A DNA stretch of 64,000 nt. It comes from Raja brachyura. Taxonomy: Eukaryota. The notes under the pieces were generated by a model, which was not told the DNA's origin, did not search any database, and saw only the letters and a list, made by a program, of their open reading frames with translations. Positions 1 to 10,802 of the stretch are shown piece by piece; the first letter of the stretch is position 1, and each line of letters starts with the position of its first letter. The translations under genes and the position numbers were made by a program. The stretch covers positions 94,736,001 to 94,800,000 of the forward strand of contig OY740784.1 in the NCBI GenBank assembly GCA_963514005.1, given 5' to 3'.

Positions 1-524
1 GATTTATGTGATGTTCCAATCCATTTAGTTCACCATTAAGCTCTTGAAATTCCTCACTGAATCCTTTTGCCTCACTGCATCTTCCCTCCTTTAAGACCCT
101 GCTTAATAAAAGGCACCATTCTGAGCAAGCGTTTAGACAGACCTCCTAACCTCTACTTTCCCTTGTTGTTATGTCTGTTTTATGATTACACTGTGAAGTA
201 CCTTGGAAGATACTCCTACATTAAAGGTGGTAGATCAACGGGGATTGTGGTTATTTGTTGGATGGGTTTATAGTTGTTAGTGAGATCTGGTACAGATCTA
301 TCAGACACCAATAAGGTGCCAATCCAAAGATAATATTGGGATGGTAGTTCTTCAGGAATTTGTTGACACAAATGCAATACTTACAATGTAAAATATAGCG
401 GATTACTTGGATACTGTTTTGCTAATAATGCTCATGGTTTATGAAGCAACTAGATGCCATTCATGAACAGTTGCCCTGCTTTGAAAGAAAATATATTCTT
501 GAAGACAATGGCACCGTGACACCT

Positions 525-938
525 CTAGTCAAGTCAAACAAACTTTATTGTCATTTAGAAATACATTGATATATGCAGTTCCAAACGAAATTACGTTGCA
601 TTTGGCTCCCTGTGCAACACAATAAATTAACCGAAGGATAGGTATGTATGAAAAGGGTAAATAGACAATAGTGGCAGCCCATTTACATGGCATTCAGGAG
701 TCTGATGGCTCGTGGGAAGAAGCTGTTGCGGAACCTTGATGTTCTGCTCCTCATGCTGCGGTATCTTTTTCACGAGGGCAGCAGAGTGAACAGTCCGTGA
801 TGGAGATGTGTGGGGTCCTTTATGATACTGCTGGCCTTAGACACACAGCGTTTGGTCGCAATATCCCCGATTGAGGGGAGAGAGGTCCCGATGATTTTTT
901 CCGCTGTCCTCACCACTCTCTGCACAGACTTCCAGTCT
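525..938 (-). mobile_element. Rex1/Babar LINE 3' fragment (RT C-terminus, 3'UTR and microsatellite tail)
   Basis: Minus strand translates as ...KSVQRVVRTAEKIIGTSLPSI...DPTH..HGLFTLLPS...RFRNSFFP, typical of the Rex1 C-terminus. It ends atttcgtttg...aaatgacaataaa followed by (ttgac)n. Confidence 0.8.
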
Positions 939-1411
939 CTAATACTGTATGCAGAGATTGATTTTCATTCTCAGATCCTGGAATTGAAGAAAAGAAAATG
1001 TTGCCAATGTTTGGCAATTCGGGAGCAGTTGTCGAAAGAGGAACATGAGAAAATGATTGTCAGTTAAAACTTTCAATTTATGAATATTGTGCTTTCAGTC
1101 CAAGTTGTTAACAGAACCTTGATTTGTTTAGTTTTTGAAAATGTGTGATTGGAAACTAAATTCCAGAATGGATTCATGAAAAAAAAATTAAAAGGAGATT
1201 AATGACCCAACAGGGACTCGTTGGGCTGTCTGTCTCTCTGACTCTATGATTTTTTCCATGAGTAAAACACAAACATTCCTGTATCTTTTGTCAATACTTA
1301 AAAAATTGACCAGTATCTTCTTGCTAAGAGTTACCCTTGTGCCTCAACCCATTTCTGGACTGTAATGCACAATGAAGGGGACCTCTTAGAGTCATAGAGA
1401 TAAACAACTAA

Positions 1412-1666
1412 AGGGCCTGTCCCACTTAGCAATTTTTTCACCGACTGCCGGTGTCATATCAGTGTTGCCAAAAGGTTTTGAACATTTCAAAATCCAGCGG
1501 CGACAAAAAAATGTTGCGACACTTGAAAAAACACCGTGCTTCATATGTTATCACGCTACGTCACTGCCGCATCACAGCGCTTCACGCCGCAAATTTTTGG
1601 TGACCTGATACGTCAGTCAATGATGCCGGCAGTCGCCGAAAAAAAACGTCAAGCAGGACAGGCCCT
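1412..1666. mobile_element. PIF/Harbinger-type MITE
   Basis: TIRs AGGGCCTGTCCCACTT / AAGCAGGACAGGCCCT, TAA on both sides (1409-1411, 1667-1669), subterminal inverted sequence, no ORF. Inserted into an old minus-strand CR1 3' end. Confidence 0.85.
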
Positions 1667-1819
1667 TAAGAGGCAGGCTTTGCTCGAGACTACTTAAAAG
1701 TTGCACACTCTCTGCCTCCATCAACCTTTCCGCCAGCAGATTCCAGATTCAAATCACCCTCTGGATGAAAAAATGCTTCTATTATTCCCCCTACCCCTCG
1801 TACCACTGACCTTAAACCT

Positions 1820-2165
1820 ATGCTGGAGGAATTGGATAGGCTAGATGCAGGAAAAATGTTCTCGATGTTGGGGGAGTCCAGAACTAGGGGTCACAGTTTA
1901 AGAATAAAAGGTAGGCCATTTAGGACCGAGATGAAGAAATATGTTTTTCACACAGAGAATTCTGAATCTGTGGAATTCTCTGCCACAGAAGCCAGTGGAG
2001 GCCAATTCACTGGATGTTTTCAAGAGAGAGTTAGATATAACAGAATCAAGGGATTGGGGAGAAAGCAGGAATGGGGTACTGATTTAGGTTGACCAGCCAT
2101 GATCATAATGAATGGTGGTGCTGGCTCAAATGGCCTAATCCTGCATCTATTTTCTATGTCTATGT
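1820..2165 (+). mobile_element. CR1 LINE 3' fragment
   Basis: LDRLDAGKMFSMLGESRTRGHSLRIKGRPFRTE is the CR1 ORF2 C-terminus; 3'UTR ends ttttctatgtctatg. Confidence 0.85.
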
Positions 2166-2204
2166 TATCTGCTATGGGGACACATTTCTGACTTCCTATA
2201 AGCA

Positions 2205-2935
2205 TCAAAACCCGCAGATGCTAGAATCTGAAGCATCAAACAAACTGCCAGAGTAATATACAAAGTGCTGGAGTAACTCAGCAGTTCAGACAGCATCCCT
2301 AGAGGACATGGATAGGCCACATTTTGGGTTGGGATTCTTCTTCATACTGATTCGTGTTGGGGAGAAAAGCTGGAAAAGGAGTGGGAGCAGGACAAAGCCT
2401 GGCAAGTGATAGGTGCACACAATGTGCTGGAGTAACTCAGCCGGTCAGGCAGCATCTCTGGAGAAAAAGGATGGGTGACATTTTGGGTCAGACTGAAGAA
2501 AGGTCCCGACCTGAAACATCACCCATTCTTTTTCTCCGGAGATGTTGCATGACCCGCTGAGCTTCTCCTGCACTTTGGTATATATCAGCACCAGCATTTC
2601 TACACGAGTGATAGGTGAGAGTGGTTTTGATTGGCTGATGCCTGAATAAAGGTTTGAGATGAAAGTGAGTAAAGGGGTGTCAGATAATGGGGAAGAAGAG
2701 TGAAATGCGAAGCTAGAAAGGATATAGTTGGAAAGGGATGGGGATACCAGGAGAAGTGGAGTGGGAGAGAGAAGAAAAAGGGGGAGGAGGGTGTTGTTAC
2801 CTAAAATTGGAGAATTTGATGTGCGAAACCATGTTTGCGAAATAAAGAAGACATCTCGGTGTCATAGGGTGTAAAGCCTCACCTTAGGAGAAAATGCAGC
2901 AGAGAAAGAGAAATTGAGGACAGATGCAGTTGCAG
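2205..2935 (-). mobile_element. Penelope-like element 3' region, with a nested palindromic pLTR-derived insert (~2415-2605)
   Basis: pLTR motif gctggagtaactcagc...cagcatc; purine-rich 3'UTR; minus-strand ORF end ..IKFSNFR* near 2797-2822. Confidence 0.6.
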
Positions 2936-2939
2936 GAAT

Positions 2940-3160
2940 ACAGCTGGTCATGCAAAATTTCTTGGGTCAAAACTACTGTGAGAGACTGGCTGTTGTTTTG
3001 ACACCAGGTCTCTAGGTTCTCAATCACCTCCCTGTACTCCATCTCATCATTATTTGATATTCAACCCACAATGGTGCTGTCATCTGCAAATTTGTAAATT
3101 TAATTGGATTGTACATGGCTGCACAGTCGTGGGTGTACACGGAGTAAAGAATGGGGCTAG
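2940..3160 (-). mobile_element. Rex1/Babar RT fragment
   Basis: Minus strand gives ..YSVYTHDCAAMY...YKFADDSTIVG*ISNNDEMEYREVIENL. Confidence 0.7.
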
Positions 3161-4604
3161 AAGGAGGCTGCGAACGCAACAGTATTCAGACTTGCAGTGG
3201 ATGACTACCCCCGTGTCTGCACCATCACCAATTTTCATGCCATCTCAGACCATGTTGTACTAGGGACATATTTGTGAGGCATCCCCAAGAAAATACTGTT
3301 TTGATCCAGCAACATGAATTGAGAGGCTTGCAAGATAATAGATGTGGCTAAGTCCTGCTGCCCTATTGCCTGGGGCCCTCCCATCCAACAGCCAGCTGAC
3401 CTGCCTCAGTCTCGCAGGATACTGCCAGGAAATGGAGACAAAGAATGATAATCAGGTCCTGCCATTCAACGCAAGACGAGATTAGGGCCCATATGTTGTT
3501 ACTTAAGATTTATCTCTGTCGTTGAAGTGAACATTTCATTGGGCTTAAACAGTGCACTAAACAGGGTATTATAATTTAGAACAGTTGTGGAGCCAAATAG
3601 AATCTGTCATAGATCAAGCTTGATAGGCAAAACTAAATTAGGCACTTCTGTTCCCCAGAGACTGTAGGAATGAAAACCTTATTTTAGCCCACAAACTTTT
3701 CTATTAACATATTAAAAAGTATAGCTTTAGATCCATTAATATCTGTTACGTTTCTGACCTTTTACCTGACAGCACTTTCAGTGTTGCTATAATGGAAGAG
3801 TTTCATGTAATGCTTTGTGTCAGCAACTCTTACTGCCAGATTCCTTTTTTGGCCTTTTAATCACTGCTAACAATGCTCCTGGAATTCATTCTACAGTGAG
3901 TTTCCTCCCACTTCCCCTGGAGGCTTCACTGATTTGATTTGCCATTCTTATTTTAATATATCTTGATTTCCATTTCAATTCCTGGTTAATTCCTATTTCT
4001 CACCCTCCACTTACCTTTGTGCTCTGCATCAATATATTCCATTGATCTTCAGCCAAACAGGTACTAAATAAAAGCCCTTAGTACCTGCACAGTGTTGTGC
4101 TGAATATAGTTGCATTCTGTTTGCTATTATTATAGGCACAATCTTTTCCACCAAATGCTATGTGAACTATTTAAAATGATCAAATCAAGATATGAACTAT
4201 TCCTTGTGGTTACCTTGCCACACCAGGTCATGAAATAATCATCTGCTGCAATCTTTAATTTAAAAACTGCTTGGGTGTTATATCAACTTGCCTAAACAAT
4301 GTTCTCATTTTTTATTCCTTTCTTGTCTCTTAATATCAAATAATTTCCTTGCTTTTTGATAGTGTGTATAACATTCCTCGTAGTAAAAACTATGTAGTAA
4401 AATTGGACAATAAGGTAGATACAAGAGATTAAAGATACTGGAATTTTGAATAATAAACCAGACTGCTTGAAGAACTCAAAGGGACAGTCAGCATCTATGG
4501 ATGGAAATGGACAGACGACATAATGGGTTGGAAAATTAGTTCAGACTGAGGAAGTGTGCGTGTGAGTGAGTGTAAGCTAAATAGAGTTAATGCCTGGTCA
4601 ATAA

Positions 4605-5047
4605 TCTTCTGCCCATGGATAGTCAGGGTCCAAATAGCACCTCATATTCTGCTTGGGGAGTCTGCATCCTCTGGGCTTAAACATTGAATTTTCTCAATTC
4701 TGTTAACCCAGGCTGCCTCCTCCCCTTCCCACCTCTCCCTCAGCCCTCGGGCCCTGGCATTCCTTCTCTCTCTATCTCCCCCCCTCCCCCCCCACCCAAG
4801 TCGCACTAGCTTCTCATTTTCACACTACAAACAGCTTACAATGGCCTGTTTCCTTTATCATCAATACTTTTTTGCATATCTTTCATTCACTGTTCTTTAT
4901 CTCTCCACATCACTGTCTATATCTCTCGTTTCCCTGATCCCTGACCAGTCTGAAGAAGGGTCGCGACCCGAAACGTCGCCCATCTCCTTCGCTCCTTAGA
5001 TGCTGCTGCACCCGCTGAGTTTCTCCAGCTTTTTGTGTAACCCTCCA
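4605..5047 (+). mobile_element. Penelope-like element 3' end (GIY-YIG C-terminus, 3'UTR, pLTR with hammerhead core)
   Basis: ..HLIFCLGSLHPLGLNIEFSQF followed by a pyrimidine-rich UTR and cagtctgaagaagggtcgcgacccgaaacgtc. Confidence 0.75.
4948..4980 (+). ncRNA. Minimal type I hammerhead ribozyme core (PLE-associated)
   Basis: CUGAAGA (4950-56), extra A, stem II GGGU-CGCG-ACCC, GAAACGUC (4970-77) with palindromic ACGU stem III. Stem I is only ~2 bp. Confidence 0.6.
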
Positions 5048-5049
5048 AA

Positions 5050-5218
5050 TAGGTTTATGTGATAGGAGTAGAATTAGGCCATTCGGCCCATCAAGTCTAC
5101 ACCACCATTCAATCATGGCTGATTCATCTAACCCCATTCTCATGCCTTCTCCCCATAACCTCTGACACCTGTACTAATCAAGAAACTATCTATCTCTGCC
5201 GTAAAAATATCCACTGAC
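5050..5218 (-). mobile_element. CR1 3' end fragment
   Basis: gtagaattaggccattcggccc...ttctccccataacc is the reverse of a CR1 3'UTR. Confidence 0.7.
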
Positions 5219-5428
5219 TATGTTTAATATACAGAAAAAGGAAGGGGCAGAGAGAGCAGAAAGGAAGGTAGATGACAAGTTGGAAATTGAAGGACACAAG
5301 CAAAGGTGCTGGCCGAAGGTTATGTTGAAGGTTGGTGAGTAGCAAATGATAACTGGGGGAGATTTAAATAGAAAACAAAATAATTTATTTTAGGGAATAT
5401 GAAAAACAATAAAAAGTTGTTAAGATCT

Positions 5429-5618
5429 GCGTAGGGAGGAACTGCAGATGCTGGTTTACACCGAAGGCAGACACACAATGCTGGAATAACTCAGCGGGAC
5501 AGGCAGCATCTCTGGATAGGACTGGTGACGTTTCAGGTCAATATCCTTCTTCTCAACCCAAAACGTTACCCATTCCTTCTATCCAGAAATGCTACCTGTC
5601 CTGCTGAGTTACTCCAGC
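5429..5618. mobile_element. Palindromic Penelope-pLTR-derived short insertion with 14-bp TSD
   Basis: TSD agttgttaagatct at 5415-5428 and 5619-5632; two inverted pLTR halves meeting in the hammerhead region. Confidence 0.75.
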
Positions 5619-7010
5619 AGTTGTTAAGATCTTATTGCCGCATTATCCACTTTCATTGGGCACAACTGTTAATATTGGGATGACTGTTGTTAGGTCAGTA
5701 GATAGTCTCAGATCCCAGAAATGCATTTGGTTCACAACAATTGCCTTGATACATTCTTTAAGTCTGGCATTAGGTCAGCCAACAGACCACAGATGAAGGA
5801 TAGAGATTTGTCCCTGAATTTCCCTAGATAAAATTACAGTACTGTTGATGGTGTTTGCTTTTAGAATCAGAGAGTCATACAGCATGGAAACAGGCCTTTC
5901 AGCCCAACTTGCCCATACTGAGCAAGATGCTCCATCTACACTAGTCCTACTTGCCTCCATATGGTCCATATCCCTCTATATCTTTCCTATCCATGCACCT
6001 GCCCAAATGTATTTTAAATGGTGCTGTAATACTTGCCTCAACTACCACCTCTAGCAGCTCATTCCGTATACCTACCACTCTCTGTGTGAAAATGTTGCCC
6101 CTCGGGTTCCTATTAAATCTTCTAACTTAAACCTACATCCACTGGTTCTTGATTCCCCTCATGATTTTATACACCTCTATAAGATCACTCGTCATCCTCC
6201 TTTTGCAAGAAATAAAGTACCAGTCAGCCAACCTATCCCTATAGCTCAGGCCCTGAGGTCCTAGCAACTTCATCGTAAATCTTCCATGCACTCTTTCCAG
6301 CTCAACAACATCCTACCTATAGCAGGGATCTGAACACACAAATCTGAACACACAATACTCCAATTGCAACCTTGTGCAGATGTTTGTGCAAAACATAACA
6401 TCCCAACGCCTACACTCAATACGCTTACTGATAAAGGCCTATGTACTGAATGCTTTCCTGACTACCCTATCTACCTGTGATACCACTTTCAACCAACTAT
6501 GTACCTGCACGCCTAGATCCCTACGCTTTAAAACACCCCACAGGCTTCTGACATTCATTATGTAAGTCCTGCCCTGGTTTAACTTTCCAAAATGAAAACC
6601 CTTGCACTTATCTTCATTAAACTCTATTACCCATTCCTCTGCCCACTTGTCCAACTGATTGGGATCCTGCTGTAAGTGTTGATAACTATCTTCACTGTCT
6701 ACAATACCACCAACTTTAGTGTCATCTGCAAACCTACTAATCATGCCTTCTACATTTTAATCCAAATCATTGAAGCAAACCATAAACAGCACCGCACCAC
6801 TGCACCGATCTTTGAGGCACACCATGAGTCACAGTCCTCCAATCCGAGAAACAACCTTCCATGATCACCCTTTGGTTTCTTCCATGAAGCCAATTCTCTA
6901 TCGAATCGGCGAGCTCTCCCTGGATCTCATGCGATCTAACGTTCCAGAGCAGCCTTCCCTGCAGAACCTTATCAAATGCCTTGTTGAAGTCCATATAGGC
7001 AATGTCTACA

Positions 7011-7800
7011 GCTTCCGGTGGGCGGCGCGACTCTTGTCGCAGCGACCTCTGCAGTCCGTCTGTCTTTTTTTTTTCCGTCTCGTTTTGAGTGTAGTTATAG
7101 TGTTTTTTTTTATTTGTGTATGTGTGGGGGGTGGGGGGGCGGGGTGGGGGAAACCTTTAAAATTGTTTCCCTGTACGGAGGACCCGACCTTTTCTCTGTC
7201 AGGTCTCCGTTGTCGTTGGGGCCTAGCACCGCGGAGCGGCTTCCGACTGGACCTGGGGCTCCAGTCGCGGGGCTGCGGGCTACTTACCAATGTGGAGCTG
7301 GCCGAGTTCGGAACGGGAGGAGCTGTCGTGGCGCGCTGCTGTTGCCTGACCCCGGAGATTCGGAGGCTCCAGCTGCAGGTCGACGGTGACATCGGGAGCT
7401 CGCGGGTCCCTGGTGGGAGACCGCTTTTCGGAGGTCCCGCGGCGGCAACTTCTCCCGCCCGAGATGCGGGGTTGAAAATGACCTGGAGCGGGCCCGCTGG
7501 GGGCTCCAACATCAATACCAGGAGAGGGGCCTTACATCGCCCCGCGTGGCCTTAACTGCCGCGGGACTTATTTACCATCACCCACCGGGGCTTTGACTCT
7601 GACATCGGGAGGAGAATGGGGAGTGCAGGGGAGAGATAAGGCTTTGCCTTCCATCACAGTGAGGAGGAGCTTCACTGTGATGGATGTTTGTGTAAATTGT
7701 GTTGTGTCTTGGTTCTTTCTTGTTTGTATGACTGCAGAAACTAAATTTCGTTTGAACCTCAATGAGGTTCAAATGACAATAAATGGTATTGTATTGTATT
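7011..7800 (+). mobile_element. GC-rich non-autonomous retroelement with Rex1-type 3' tail
   Basis: Cleanly interrupts the CR1 RT. CpG-rich body; ends atttcgtttgaacctc-aat-gaggttcaaatgacaataaa and (gtatt)3, matching the Rex1 tail at 525-600. No TSD seen. Confidence 0.65.
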
Positions 7801-8786
7801 TGCTCCCATCAACATTTTTGGTTGCTTCTTGAAAAACCTCAATTAGATTCATAAGACATGATCGCCCATGTACAAAACCATACTGACAATCCCAAATCAG
7901 CTCCTGTTTATTCAAATGCGTATACATCATATCCCTCAGAATCCTCTCCAGTAACATGCCTTCCACAGATATGTCAACTCACTGGTCCATAGTTCTCAGA
8001 CTTTTCCTTGCAGTCCTTCTTAAACGTTCACTACCCTCCAGTCATCTGGCACCTCACCCTTGTCTTATGATGATTCATAGATTTTAGCACGAGTGCTTGC
8101 AATTTTTCTTCTCTAGCTTCCCACAGTGTCCTTGGATACATCTGATCAGGCCCAGGAGATTTTGTCGAACTTCATATGCCTAAGGACATTCAGTACCTTC
8201 TTGACCATATTACGGATTGTTCTCAAGACATTTTCATTAACTATCCAAAATTCCCCAGTCTTCTCTCTCCATGGTAAAAACAGATGGGAAATACATATTG
8301 AGTACCTTGCCCATCTCCTGTGTCTCACACAGAGATGACTGCATTGGTTTCTGAGGGCCCGTATTCTCTCTCCAATTACCCTCTTTCCCTTAATTTTACA
8401 TATAATTTGCTTCATTTTTCCTTAATATTATTTAATCAAGCTATCTCCTGCTCCCGGTTTGCCCTCCTGATTTCCTTCTTAAGTATGTTCCTCAGTCCCA
8501 GAAACTCCTCCGGGGATACAATTGGTCCCAGCTGTCCATACCTGCAGGAGGCCTAATTATTTTTCCTGACCAGAGCCTCAATTTTGCTTGTCGTCCAACC
8601 TTCCTTAATCTCAATTGCTTTGTCCTTCACTCTAACAGAACACACATGCCCTGACCTCTTGTCATCACACTTTTAATAACATCCCACTTTCTAGACGTTC
8701 CATTGCCCGCATTCAACTTATTCCAATCAACTTGAGCAATTCCTGTCTAAAACCATGAGAGTTGGCCCGTCCCAATTCAGAATTTG

Positions 8787-9315
8787 AAAAAATGACATGT
8801 TGAAGACTTCCTTCGACTGTAGAAGACCTCCTTCGACCTCCTTCGACTATGTTGAAGACTAGCTACGACTAGCTACGACTAGCTATGACTAACTTCGGGA
8901 AAATTGGATACAAAATAGTGGAGAGTGAAGACAACCTCCTTCGATCTCCTCCGACCTCCCTTCGACCACCCTTTGACTATGATGAAGACTATCTATGACT
9001 ACCCTCGACCAGCTTCGACTACCCTTGATTACCTACGACTAACATGCCGACCTACTACGACCTATTATGACTAAACCTACGAGTAAATAAAGTATCGTTT
9101 TTTACCATGGCAACCGTTTTTTACTCGCGGGCATTTTTTAACATGTTGAAAAAACCGCCGCAACCTAGCTGAGGTCTCGAATACGCAGAGACCACTCTCG
9201 AGCATGCAGGAGAGTAATCAGACCCCCTATGACCTTGTGTCGACCATGCTGCATATTAGTAGAGGACAAACTCGCCAGAACTCGCGGATTAGGTCACCGA
9301 AGTGGGACCTGCCCT
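8787..9315. mobile_element. Harbinger-type non-autonomous element (left TIR missing) with internal CGAC-rich short repeats
   Basis: Right end AAGTGGGACCTGCCCT followed by TAA; many cttcgac/ctacgac units at 8805-9075; interrupts the CR1. Confidence 0.6.
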
Positions 9316-10802
9316 TAACTATTTTAAAGCTAATGGAACAGTGGTCACTGGCACTGAAAAGCTCACCCACAGTCACTTGCCCTTCCTAATTTCCTAAAAG
9401 TAGATAAAGCTTTGCCTTCTCTAATGCAGTGCCTTCTATATTTTGCCTGAAGAAACTTCCCTGAACATATTTGACAAATTCCATCTAAGCTCTTGGATTT
9501 ATGACAGTCCCAATTTATAGTTGGAAAGTTAAAATTCCCCATTATGACAAACCTAAGTACCCAATTCCAGCTTCTACATCCAAGAGAGCTTTTCAATAGA
9601 GAAATTAGAAGTTTGGTGATAAGAAACAGAATAACACTCAAAATGTTATGCAATTGTTAAATAACACTTTTGATCCCTGGATTCTGATATATTCAAGACT
9701 GACAAAAGGAGACAACAGAAGATTAAAATCTTTAATCTGTTAAATGAACCAGCCTGATAACCAGTTGAGTAATGGTCTGTTAATTCCCTCTTCATTTTAC
9801 AATAAATTCTATAATTTACATGTTGGGAAAGTATTCAGCCATGGAGTTAATAGATCTGTCATTCTGGCTATTCTGAAGGGAACAGTGAATATTCAGCCAC
9901 AACTACACATGTCCAGGTCTTGGACATATCACATAATAAGTCTCAAACTTATAATAAGTGTCAGCATGTTTTCATCATTGTGCTATGTTACAGAGCTCCA
10001 GATAAGTTCCCCCAGCCTTCCAATGGAATATCTGCCTCTCTGATTTTACATGTCAGACCTGAAATAGGATGGGGAATAATTTCTTTCCAATGGGGATTCT
10101 TGGCCTAGATTAAATGTCTCTGAACAAATGTTGACAGGAGACAAAGCTCCATCCTTAGCTCTCCTTCATGTCAAATGCTCTCATGTCATTTATAAAGGGG
10201 AGGGGTTTTTTAAACTGTAGTTTTTTTATTTTTTTATTTACTCTGGTGAGATGCTAAAATATAGACTTTCAGTGGGCTCCCCATCATCCCAAATAACGGG
10301 CAGCACATTTAAGATTTGGCGAGAAAATTAGATTGTGAATGATTTTAACAGCTTACTGTTTAAGAAAAGGGTAGTTTGCTAAACTGAAAGGCACAAAACC
10401 TAACAAAATTTACAATACATTTAAGGTGAGAAATAACTTACATTTATAGTCATGGAAAAAACACTGCATTACATTATCTTGATCACTTTCAATAATGAAC
10501 ACCATGATGGATGAGAATAAAAGCAGCTGAACCATTTTAGTGCTCTCAGCTACCTTTGAGTGACATTAATGTTTTACTGCATCTCAAAGACTAGCCTTTT
10601 GAAGTGAAAATGGACTTCAATAAAAGACATAGCACTGAAGATCTGAAATAAAGAATATTGGAAAGGATAGCAGAGCCAAGCTACATGCAGTAAGTTAAGT
10701 GCTTGAGTCTTGGAGGCATTGCGTTAAACATGATTTTTTTTAAAGAGTATAGCTGTCAAATTCAAATAAAAGCTTGTCATGCAACAAATTAATTTTCAAG
10801 TA

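Larger units (their letters stand above)
5866..9570 (-). mobile_element. Old degenerate CR1 LINE (APE-RT), interrupted by insertions at 7011-7800 and ~8787-9315
   Basis: ORF fragments ISRFADDTKVGG, MDFNKAFDKV, HGVPQ, GRSCLMNLIE, MGNFNFP; 3' tail near 5866-5900. Confidence 0.85.

Noticed and set aside
6770-7555. 261-aa, 169-aa and 123-aa ORFs as genes
   Set aside because: They cross the CR1/insert junction or lie in GC-rich sequence depleted of stop codons, and show no recognisable domain.
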